A stretch of 64,000 nucleotides of DNA. Origin: a bacterium. Its GTDB lineage: Bacteria; Patescibacteriota; Patescibacteriia; Patescibacteriales; JAKAJF01. Positions 28,520 through 36,315 of this stretch are shown in pieces (position 1 is the first letter of the stretch; each line of letters opens with the position of its first letter). Below the pieces are notes generated by a model. It was not told where the DNA came from and did no database searches. It saw only the letters and a program-made list of their open reading frames with translations. Both the position numbers and the translations under genes were made by a program. The stretch covers positions 26,739 to 90,738 of the forward strand of contig JAJYLD010000002.1 of NCBI GenBank assembly GCA_021788015.1. Direction: 5' to 3'.

Positions 28520-29917
28520 TTGAATATTTTTATTTTTAAAAATATCCATATGCAAACAAATCCAAATATTTTCAAAGCCTATGATATCCGCGGCGTTTAC
28601 GACCGGGACCTTGACGAAGAAACGGCCTATAAGCTCGGGCTCGCTTTCAGCGCCATGCGCAAAAAAGAATTGAACGGCAAAGATCCGATAAAATTGGCGG
28701 TCGGCTCCGACATGCGCTTGTCTTCGCCGACTTTAAAAGAAAGTTTAACTAAAGGACTTACGGAAGGCGGGGCGGACGTTATCGATATCGGACTGGCATC
28801 GACTCCGACATTCTATTTCGCGGTCGCGCATTATAAATACGACGGCGGTATTCTCGTTTCCGCTTCGCACAATCCGAAAGAATACAACGGCTTTAAAATG
28901 GTGCGCGAAAGAGCCATGCCCGTGAGCAAAGAAACGGGAATTTTTGAATTGCGCGACAGAGTCATAAACAACGAGGTGAGCCGGGCGGAAAAATTCGGCG
29001 AAGTGACCAAACAAGAAAATGTTTTAAGGGACCAAGTTGAGCATGATCTAAAATTCGCCGATCTCTCAAAAATCGAACCGTTGAAAATTGTGATTGACCC
29101 GGCAAACGGCATGGGTATTTTGTATTTTGACGAATTATTCAAACATGTCCCAGGGGAAATCGTAAAAATGAATTGGGAATTGGACGGAACTTTTCCCGCT
29201 CACGAAGCCGATCCGCTCAAGGCGGAAAACATGGAAAGTCTTTGTGAAAAAATCAAAGAAACCGAAGCGAATTTGGGAATCGCGACCGACGGTGACGGAG
29301 ACAGAATTTTTTTCGCGGACGACAAAGGAGAAAGACTTGATCCGGGAATCACGCGCGCCATCCTTTGCAAAATATTTTTACGCGAACGCCCGGGAGCGAA
29401 GATTTGCTACGATATCCGCCCGGGGAAAATTACTCCCGATACCATTTTGGAAAACGGCGGCATTCCGATTATCACCCGAGTCGGCCATTCGCTCATTAAA
29501 GAAAAGACTCTACAAGAAGGCGCTTATTTCGCGGGCGAATCTTCCGGACATTTCTTTTTGAACATGGATGAAGGCTGCTACGAAATTCCGATGGTTGTAA
29601 CTTTAAAAATTTTGGAAGAACTGTCCGTTGCCAAAACTAAATTTTCCGACTATATAAAACCGTACAAGAAATACTTCTCTTCCGGAGAAATAAATTCGCG
29701 CGTTGAAAATATTCCCGCCATCTTGGAAAAAATAAAAGAAAAATACAATGACGCGAAAATGAATGAGCTCGACGGAATTACGATCGAATATTCGGACTGG
29801 TGGTTTAACGTTCGCCCTTCGAACACGGAACCGTTGATTCGCCTTAATCTGGAAGCGAAAGGTAAAGAGCTCATGGAAAAAAAACGCGATGAAATCTTGA
29901 CAATTATCAAAAGTTGA
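28520..29917 (+). CDS. Phosphomannomutase/phosphoglucomutase-family enzyme (start may be Met11 at 28550)
   Basis: Active-site SASHNPKEYNGFK, Mg loop DGDGDR, alpha-D-phosphohexomutase layout. Confidence 0.8.
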   Translation: MNIFIFKNIHMQTNPNIFKAYDIRGVYDRDLDEETAYKLGLAFSAMRKKELNGKDPIKLAVGSDMRLSSPTLKESLTKGLTEGGADVIDIGLASTPTFYFAVAHYKYDGGILVSASHNPKEYNGFKMVRERAMPVSKETGIFELRDRVINNEVSRAEKFGEVTKQENVLRDQVEHDLKFADLSKIEPLKIVIDPANGMGILYFDELFKHVPGEIVKMNWELDGTFPAHEADPLKAENMESLCEKIKETEANLGIATDGDGDRIFFADDKGERLDPGITRAILCKIFLRERPGAKICYDIRPGKITPDTILENGGIPIITRVGHSLIKEKTLQEGAYFAGESSGHFFLNMDEGCYEIPMVVTLKILEELSVAKTKFSDYIKPYKKYFSSGEINSRVENIPAILEKIKEKYNDAKMNELDGITIEYSDWWFNVRPSNTEPLIRLNLEAKGKELMEKKRDEILTIIKS

Positions 29918-29969
29918 TGTAATATTGGACAAATCGGGGTAACAATTCATATCAGAGAGGGGACAATTT

Positions 29970-30176
29970 GTGCATAATGGTAACGAGGCAGAAATAAACA
30001 ATTTATTGAAGCTTTTAAAAAATAAACCATTATTTAAGGCAGCGGGGTCTCGCGGAGAATTTGAAATTTTAGGAAAATATCATTCAAAAATTTATAATGC
30101 CGATTTTGTTATTTTATGGGATCCCAAAACCAAGAGGTTTGCTATTGCAAAACTCTCGGATATATCTCCCGTTTAG
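29970..30176 (+). CDS. Hypothetical small protein
   Basis: ORF only; weak support. Confidence 0.25.
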   Translation: MHNGNEAEINNLLKLLKNKPLFKAAGSRGEFEILGKYHSKIYNADFVILWDPKTKRFAIAKLSDISPV

Positions 30177-30313
30177 CGGTTTCTTCCCAAACCGCTTTTT
30201 TATTTTTCAAAATCAAAACGGCCCTTTCGAGCCGTTTTTCATTTTTAGGTTTTGCCGCCGAACGCGTTTTCGTCACGAAGATTTTAAATTTGCGGTAGAA
30301 ACGACATTCTCCC

Positions 30314-30628
30314 TCAGGCCTTTTTAAATACTTCTAAAATTTCTTTCGCACTTTTTAAATCTAGATCCGAGAAATTCAATTTCACTCTGTCTTCGTATAA
30401 TTTATACATTTCCCGTTGAATATCGTCGTAATGAATACCGATACCGCTTTTTATCCGGTCACGGTATTTTTTTAAAATTTCCAAAATCACCTTCCTGTTT
30501 TTCTCGTCCAAATTCCGGAAATGCGAATTCTCCCGAACCAATTCGTTAAACTTTCTTTCAAACTCTTCGGAAGTTAAATTGCTAAAATTGTTTTTTAAAT
30601 CGGATGCTTGCATATATTTTATTTGCAA
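30314..30628 (-). CDS. Hypothetical protein
   Basis: ORF with 10-nt overlap to upstream minus-strand gene (operon-like). Confidence 0.4.
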   Translation of the reverse strand: MQIKYMQASDLKNNFSNLTSEEFERKFNELVRENSHFRNLDEKNRKVILEILKKYRDRIKSGIGIHYDDIQREMYKLYEDRVKLNFSDLDLKSAKEILEVFKKA

Positions 30629-31005
30629 TCTTCGGGACAGCTACAATGATTTTCTCCGTATTGCGGTTCGCATTTGCCGTTGCCGCATGGAGCGCATGTT
30701 GGCAAACCGACCAAAGTTTTATCTAGAGAACAATCTTGCACGTCATTTCCAAAAATCGCCTTTAAACCGTCGCAACATTCTTTGGGGCCAAATTTAGATA
30801 TCGGGGGCATGATACCTTCGCCGGCAGTTGCGCAAGCGTCTTGTTTTTTTAACCCCGTTTGTCGGAGAGTTGTATCGACAAATATCGGCAGCAGCGGAGT
30901 TTTTGTTTGTTTTTGCAACCAAATGAGTCCGCCAATTATGACGGCCAATACAACCAAAACTAAAATTATCCCGACCGTAATTCCTATTTTTATTTTTGTA
31001 TTCAT
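30619..31005 (-). CDS. Small membrane-anchored cysteine-rich (10 Cys) secreted protein
   Basis: N-terminal TM anchor then CATAGEG...ECCDGL...CAPCGNGKCEP...CSCPEDCK. Confidence 0.5.
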   Translation of the reverse strand: MNTKIKIGITVGIILVLVVLAVIIGGLIWLQKQTKTPLLPIFVDTTLRQTGLKKQDACATAGEGIMPPISKFGPKECCDGLKAIFGNDVQDCSLDKTLVGLPTCAPCGNGKCEPQYGENHCSCPEDCK

Positions 31006-31042
31006 ACTTCTTACGTTACCACCTGGTGTTCAAAAAATACTC

Positions 31043-31096
31043 GGGGTGTTTTTGCTTACTTTTTGGTTACAAAAAGCAGGGTCTATCGCAGCATTA
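31043..31096. repeat. REP/MITE-like element copy 5 (terminal hairpin module only), abutting the trpS stop
   Basis: GCTTACTTTTTGGTTACAAAAAGCAGGGTCTATCGCAGCA. Confidence 0.55.
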
Positions 31097-32083
31097 AATT
31101 ATCCCCATCTTCTCTTTCACTCTTCTTAACGTCTCCTCCGCGATAGGCCGCGCTCGCTTTGCGCCATGTTCAAGAATGTCTTTTATATCTTTATCGCCGT
31201 ATTGATTGTATTTTTTTTGAAAATCGGCGAGAAAATTTCCAACGACTTCGGCCAGTCCTTTTTTAAAATCGCCATAGCCCTTGCCCTTGAATTCTTTTTC
31301 CAAATCCTTAACGTTTTTCCCGGACAGCAAAGAATAAATGTTCAACAAATTAGCAATCGCCGGTTTTTCTTCTTTATCATATTTAATTTCCGCGCCCGAA
31401 TCCGTAACCGCGCGCATAATTTTTTTCGCCGCCGCTTCCGGCGTATCGGTCAAAGCGATATAATTCGCCGGACTCGTCGCGCTCTTCGACATTTTTTTAA
31501 GAGGATCGTCAAGTCCCATGATACGCGCGCCTTCTTTTTGCATTTTCACATCCGGAATTTTAAAAACCTCGCCATAAGCATTGTTGAAACGTTTGGCCAA
31601 ATCGCGCGTCAGTTCGACATGCTGTTTCTGATCTTCGCCGACCGGCACGACATCGGTATTGTACAAAAGAATATCCGCGGCCATGAGCACGGGATAGTCG
31701 AAGAGACCGACGCCCGCCGATTCCTTACTTTCTCCCACCTTCTCCTTAAACTGCGTCATTTTGTTCAGATCGGCAACGCGCGCGCCTGCGCAATTCAAAA
31801 TCCACGCCAATTCGGTATGCGCGGTTACATGCGACTGCTGAAAAATAATTGATTTCTTCGGATCGATGCCGGCGGCCAAATATGTTTTGACCACATCCAA
31901 AATTTGCTCGCCAAATCTTTTTGGATCCTGCCTGACTGTAATCGCATGATAATCGACGACGCAAAAAATCGAATTGTAATCTTTCTGCATCTCCACCCAT
32001 TGGGCAATCGCACCGAGATAATTCCCGATATGAAGACTTCCCGAAGGCTGGACGCCGGAAAAAATTGTTTTTTTCGTTTCCAT
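31094..32083 (-). CDS. trpS: Tryptophanyl-tRNA synthetase
   Basis: HIGH motif (SLHIGNYLGA), KMSKS, class I Trp/Tyr RS architecture. Confidence 0.9.
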   Translation of the reverse strand: METKKTIFSGVQPSGSLHIGNYLGAIAQWVEMQKDYNSIFCVVDYHAITVRQDPKRFGEQILDVVKTYLAAGIDPKKSIIFQQSHVTAHTELAWILNCAGARVADLNKMTQFKEKVGESKESAGVGLFDYPVLMAADILLYNTDVVPVGEDQKQHVELTRDLAKRFNNAYGEVFKIPDVKMQKEGARIMGLDDPLKKMSKSATSPANYIALTDTPEAAAKKIMRAVTDSGAEIKYDKEEKPAIANLLNIYSLLSGKNVKDLEKEFKGKGYGDFKKGLAEVVGNFLADFQKKYNQYGDKDIKDILEHGAKRARPIAEETLRRVKEKMGII

Positions 32084-32296
32084 TTATTTTAAGAAAAACA
32101 AAGTATAGCCGTTAATAACCAAAGCCAAGGTAAAAAACAAGGCTCCCCAAAAGCATTTCGAGGTGAACGGTTTGTCATGCACGGACATGGAACATGTTTC
32201 GCATTGGCCGATTAAAACTTTGTACCAGTTGTACCAGGCGTAAATTGTGCCCAGTAACAAAACGATGAATTCGAACCACAAAAATGCATGTGTCAT
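32084..32296 (-). CDS. Small two-TM membrane protein co-transcribed with trpS
   Basis: Adjacent to trpS start; hydrophobic 70 aa. Confidence 0.4.
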   Translation of the reverse strand: MTHAFLWFEFIVLLLGTIYAWYNWYKVLIGQCETCSMSVHDKPFTSKCFWGALFFTLALVINGYTLFFLK

Positions 32297-32429
32297 AATT
32301 TTTGTTTTAGTTAAATTATTAAATGTTTATCATGGATTATATACTTTAAGTTTAACATAAAAGAAGACAGCTAGACAACATGCAACACGAACTCGCGCCG
32401 ACTGAATGCGGACCGATGCGGAAAAGTTC

Positions 32430-32475
32430 AGTGCAATCAGCGTCCTCTTTGCTAATCAGCGGTGCAGACAAATAA
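32430..32475 (+). promoter_or_regulatory. Conserved 45-nt intergenic motif (copy A)
   Basis: CAGTGCAATCAGCGT-N8-TAATCAGCGGTGCAGACAA; matches 28076..28121. Confidence 0.35.
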
Positions 32476-32477
32476 AA

Positions 32478-32506
32478 AGCGGAAAAACATATTTCCGCTT
32501 AAGCGC
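32478..32506 (-). terminator. Rho-independent terminator (AAGCGGAAAuauguuUUUCCGCUUUUUAUUU on minus strand)
   Basis: 9-bp stem plus U-run immediately downstream of the small zinc-ribbon ORF. Confidence 0.6.
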
Positions 32507-32659
32507 CCCAGCCGGTTGTCGATCTTTTTTTGTCGCAGCCGTTAGGGCAGACTTTTTGGGACAAACTCCCGAATCCCGCAACATGCTGATTTTCAAGTTT
32601 GGCTCCGCACGTGGGGCAAACGTCTTTTTCCTTCTCATCAATGCTTTTTTCCATGCCTT
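32507..32659 (-). CDS. Unannotated ~50-aa zinc-ribbon protein (MEKSIDEKEKDVCPTCGAKLE...CPNGCDKK); coordinates approximate
   Basis: Hand-translated minus-strand ORF below the 60-aa track cutoff; two CxxC pairs; followed by a clean terminator. Confidence 0.4.
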
Positions 32660-32808
32660 TATCCTTTCAGGGTTTTAAAATTTTTTAGTCCCAATCCCAA
32701 AGACCCATAAGTCTCATGAGCAATCCCTCCTTTTTTCAAATGAACATTTTATTTTTTATTTTCTGTATCCAGCCGTCCAATTTTGAACGGCTGACAACAA
32801 AAAATAAG

Positions 32809-34101
32809 TTACATTTCTCCATCCAAAAATTTTTCGTAAGCGCTCATATCGAAATGGCCATGGCCGCTCAAATTAAAGAGAATAACTTTTTCTTCGCCGG
32901 TCTCTTTGCATTTTTGCGCTTCATCAAAAACCGCTTTGATGGCATGGGCCGATTCCGGCGCCGGCACAATGCCTTGGTTCCTTGCGAACTTCACGGCCGC
33001 CTCGAAAATTTCCTTTTGGTCATAAGCTTTGGCTTCGATAATTTTTTGTTCATAAAGCGAACTCACGATCGGAGAAGCGCCGTGGTAACGCAATCCGCCG
33101 GCATGAATCGAAGGCGGCATGAAATTATAACCCAAAGTGTACATTCTGATTAAAGGCGTTAAGCCGATCGAATCGCCGAAATCGTATTTGTATTCGCCTT
33201 CGGTCAAACTCGGACAGGATTTCGGCTCGACCGCAATCGCGCGGAGATTCGGTTTTCCGCCTTTTAATTTGTCTCTTAAGAAGGGGAACGCGATGCCGGC
33301 GAAGTTACTGCCTCCGCCATGACAGCCGATAATGATATCCGGGTAATCGCCCGCCTTTTCCATCTGTTTTTTCGCTTCTTGGCCGATGATTGTCTGGTGC
33401 AAAAGCACATGATTCAAAACCGAACCGAGAGCGTATTTCGTGTCTTCGTTTTTTGCCGCGTCTTCAACCGCTTCGGCGATAGCGATTCCCAGACTGCCGG
33501 GCGAATCCGGATTCTCGGCCAAAACTTTTTTTCCCGCTTCGGTTTTACTAGATGGACTGGCAACGCAATTTCCGCCGTAAACTTTCATCATCGCTTTTCG
33601 ATAGGGTTTTTGGTCATAACTGACTCTCACCATGTAAACGTCGCAAGCCAAACCGAAATAATTGCAGGCAAAACTCAAAGCCGTCCCCCATTGACCCGCT
33701 CCCGTTTCAGTAGCCAGTCTTTTCACGCCTTCTTTTTTGTTGTAATAAGCCTGAGGCAAAGCCGTATTTAACTTATGACTGCCGACCGGACTTACGCCTT
33801 CGAATTTATAATAAATTTTGGCGGGCGTCCCCAGTTCTTTTTCAAGACGCGTCGCCCGAATCAAAGGCGATGGCCGATAAAGAAAGTACGCTTTTCTTAC
33901 TTCTTCCGGAATTTTAATCAACGATTCTTGCGAAACTTCTTGCTTGATCAATCCCACGGGGAACAGCGGCGCCAAATCTTCCGGACCGATCGGCTTGTTG
34001 GTCGCGGGATGTAAAGGCGGATCCAGAGGTTTGGGTAAATCCGGGACGATATTGTAATAATGTGTTGGGATTTCTTTTTGATCTAAAAATATGATTGGCA
34101 T
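32809..34101 (-). CDS. trpB: Tryptophan synthase beta chain, TrpB2-type (PLP-dependent)
   Basis: 430 aa; PLP-lysine region [25 protein letters not shown] glycine loop; TrpB2 length. Confidence 0.8.
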   Translation of the reverse strand: MPIIFLDQKEIPTHYYNIVPDLPKPLDPPLHPATNKPIGPEDLAPLFPVGLIKQEVSQESLIKIPEEVRKAYFLYRPSPLIRATRLEKELGTPAKIYYKFEGVSPVGSHKLNTALPQAYYNKKEGVKRLATETGAGQWGTALSFACNYFGLACDVYMVRVSYDQKPYRKAMMKVYGGNCVASPSSKTEAGKKVLAENPDSPGSLGIAIAEAVEDAAKNEDTKYALGSVLNHVLLHQTIIGQEAKKQMEKAGDYPDIIIGCHGGGSNFAGIAFPFLRDKLKGGKPNLRAIAVEPKSCPSLTEGEYKYDFGDSIGLTPLIRMYTLGYNFMPPSIHAGGLRYHGASPIVSSLYEQKIIEAKAYDQKEIFEAAVKFARNQGIVPAPESAHAIKAVFDEAQKCKETGEEKVILFNLSGHGHFDMSAYEKFLDGEM

Positions 34102-34227
34102 AGATTTAGTAATTAGTAATTAGGAAGTGGGAAGTAGGAATTTGTCGCGCCAAAATTCATTTCCTTTAGTTTTAAAAAAATATTTCATATTTGTATATTT
34201 GTAAATGATTTGTAATTTGTGGGGATT

Positions 34228-34612
34228 AAAAAACTCCCGTCTCTTTGCCCGAATAAAAAATTCGGACAAAAGGACGAGAGTTCTCGTGGTGCCACCTTTT
34301 TTCCGGAACAAAAAAACACCCATGGGTGCCAGATGTTCCACTCATCGACTCTATGTTTTCCCTTCGGGAGCGGCACTACAAATGCCGCACATCCGAATGA
34401 TAAAGAAAACCGATTTCGATTATCCTATGGTTACGGAGGAATCCGGATTTCCACTAACGCAGAAACCGCCTTCCGTTTTCGCGTTCGCATGCGCCGTACC
34501 GAGAATTCGGGATAGTGCGGCCAAGCGGTAGCGAAAAACAGTAAACTAGACCCAACCCTTCCCGATTGAAAATCGGAAAGGATCCAGTTGTAGGCTTTCG
34601 AATTGTTTAGGT
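34228..34612 (-). ncRNA. T-box riboswitch leader, probably tRNA-Trp specific, controlling trpB2
   Basis: mRNA reads AAAAGG-UGGCACC-ACGAGAACUCUCGU-CCUUUU (A1 helix, 7-nt UGGNACC bulge, A2 hairpin), overlapping a 21-bp terminator CUCUCGUCCUUUUGUCCGAAU/AUUCGGGCAAAGAGACGGGAG plus U6; UGG triplets in the Stem I region; no ORF in 500 nt. Confidence 0.65.
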
Positions 34613-34621
34613 TCTAAAGAC

Positions 34622-34649
34622 ATGATAACATGAATCAAAAATTTGTCAA
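34622..34649 (-). promoter_or_regulatory. Sigma70 promoter for the T-box/trpB transcript (TTGACA, 16 nt, extended -10 TGtTATCAT)
   Basis: Reverse complement of 34621..34650 = GTTGACAAATTTTTGATTCATGTTATCATG. Confidence 0.55.
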
Positions 34650-34707
34650 CAACTTCTCTTAAAAACTAAGAACTGAGCAGTTTTCATTTTTTTTACAAAG
34701 GAAACCG

Positions 34708-34768
34708 CCCCTTAATCCCCTCCTTAGCAAGGAGGGGAAATTTCCCTCTCCTGTTCCAGGGGAGGGTT
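34708..34768. repeat. GC-rich hairpin repeat cluster (CCCCTCCTTAGCAAGGAGGGG and CCCTCTCCTGTTCCAGGGGAGGG) with G-tract run GGGGAGGGTTAGGGTGAGG at the tsaD stop
   Basis: Same hairpin family as 36171..36292; unusual GC content in an AT-rich spacer. Confidence 0.6.
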
Positions 34769-34777
34769 AGGGTGAGG

Positions 34778-35905
34778 TCACCTTAATTCCAAATTCGGAT
34801 CTACTCTCAGTTTCTGCCATGGCGTAAATTTTTTCGCCCGCGCCCGAAAGTATCCGGCCGTCGCGATCATGGCCGCATTGTCAGTTGTATATTTTAAATC
34901 CGGTTGGTTGTAATGTACCCCCGGTAATTTTTCTTTTATCGTTTCCGCCATCTGTTCGCGCAATTTTTTATTCGCCGAAACTCCTCCCGAAAGCATGATT
35001 GTTTTCACTTTGTATTTTTCCGCCGCCTTGATTGTTTTATGAATTAAAACATCAACAACGGCCTGCTCGAACTCATACGCATATTCCGGAATTCTAGTTT
35101 TCCAGTTTTTATCATTTTTCAGTTTATAAAGCAACGCCGTTTTTAATCCGGAAAATGAAAAATGAAAATCTTTTGAATTTAACATGGGTCTGGGGAGGGG
35201 GATTTGTGATTTGAAACTTTGGGATAATTCTTTTTCATATTTGCTAGCCATTTTAGAAATAATCGGGCCACCCGGATAACCGATACCGAGCATGGTCGCC
35301 GCTTTATCAAACGCTTCTCCCGCCGCATCATCGATCGTTTCGCCGATAACATTATACTTCAAATGGTCTTTCATTAACACCAACATATTATGCCCGCCCG
35401 AAACAGTAAGAATGAGCGCCGGAAAATTAATTTGAGTTTTGAGTTTTGAATTTTGAATTTTGAGTTCGCGAATGAAATTCGCGTAAATATGTCCTTCGAT
35501 GTGATTCACGACAATTGTCGGAACATCCCACGCGTAAGCCAATGTCCGTGCCGTTTCAATACCGACGATTAAAGACGTGACCAGCCCGGGTCCGGTCGTG
35601 ACGGCAATAGCATCAATGCTCGCCGCCTTTAATAAGGAGGGATAAGAGGGATTCTTTTTGCCCCCTTTAGCAAGGTGGGGTAGGGGGGATTTTAAACCAG
35701 CTTTTTCCAACGCTTCATTCACTACCGGCAAAATATTTAAAACATGCTCGCGCGCGGCCACCTCGGGAACGACGCCGCCGTATTTTTTATGAATTTCGAT
35801 TTGCGAAGAAACTACATTTGATAAAACCTTTACATTTTCATCCTTCCCTTCAATAACCGAAGCCGCGGTTTCATCGCATGATGTCTCGATGCCTAAAATT
35901 TTCAT
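34778..35905 (-). CDS. tsaD: tRNA N6-adenosine threonylcarbamoyltransferase (Kae1/TsaD family) with two in-frame repeat-derived insertions
   Basis: MKILGIETSCDETAASVIEG N-terminus; inserts SPLPHLAKGGKKNPSYPSLLKA (hairpin-element-like DNA 35637..35690) and KIQNSKLKTQ ((TTTTGAG)n 35425..35465). Confidence 0.85.
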   Translation of the reverse strand: MKILGIETSCDETAASVIEGKDENVKVLSNVVSSQIEIHKKYGGVVPEVAAREHVLNILPVVNEALEKAGLKSPLPHLAKGGKKNPSYPSLLKAASIDAIAVTTGPGLVTSLIVGIETARTLAYAWDVPTIVVNHIEGHIYANFIRELKIQNSKLKTQINFPALILTVSGGHNMLVLMKDHLKYNVIGETIDDAAGEAFDKAATMLGIGYPGGPIISKMASKYEKELSQSFKSQIPLPRPMLNSKDFHFSFSGLKTALLYKLKNDKNWKTRIPEYAYEFEQAVVDVLIHKTIKAAEKYKVKTIMLSGGVSANKKLREQMAETIKEKLPGVHYNQPDLKYTTDNAAMIATAGYFRARAKKFTPWQKLRVDPNLELR

Positions 35906-35982
35906 GAGTATATTTTACTCTAAAACCAAAAATCGGCCAATGCCGATCTTCAGTTAAATCGACGCTATGATCGATTTATTTG

Positions 35983-36054
35983 TACCGCTACGGGGAATCG
36001 AACCCCGATTTTAAGGATGAAAACCTTACGTCCTGACCATTAGACGATAGCGGC
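35983..36054 (-). tRNA. tRNA-Glu (anticodon TTC)
   Basis: Reverse complement GCCGCTATCGTCTAATGGTCAGGAC G TAAGG TTTTCAT CCTTA ... CGGGGTTCGATTCCCCG TAGCGGT A. Confidence 0.7.
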
Positions 36055-36170
36055 GAAATAACAGTTAACAATTAACCATTAACATTTAACTCTTTTGAAA
36101 CAAAAAAATCCCTAGAGGATTCATAATTAATATAACAAATTATTACGGTTTGTCAATCAGGTTACCAAAC

Positions 36171-36315
36171 CTCCCCTAACCCCTCCTTAGTAAGGAGGGG
36201 AATTTTAATTTCCCCCTTCGAAAGGGGGATGAAAAATCTTTTCCTATTTTATCTCAATTTTTAACCTCCCTAACCCTCCTTTAAAAGGAGGGGCCTAATC
36301 CCTAATCCCTAATCC
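36171..36315. repeat. GC-rich hairpin repeat cluster (CCCCTCCTTAGTAAGGAGGGG; CCCCCTTCGAAAGGGGG; CCCTCCTTTAAAAGGAGGG) followed by (CCCTAAT)3, which contains the TAG stop of manC
   Basis: Three consecutive perfect hairpins then cctaatccctaatccctaatccc; the minus strand reads ...GATTAGGGATTAGG with TAG as the stop codon. Confidence 0.65.

Noticed and set aside
34205-34531. Overlapping 63-108-aa ORFs across the trpB upstream region
   Set aside because: The region folds into a textbook T-box antiterminator/terminator, and the ORFs lack SDs and have odd composition.
34200-34640. Possible RNase P RNA, tmRNA or SRP RNA in the ORF-free stretch upstream of trpB
   Set aside because: By eye I could not find the conserved P4, tRNA-like or domain IV motifs, and the T-box architecture explains the structure better.
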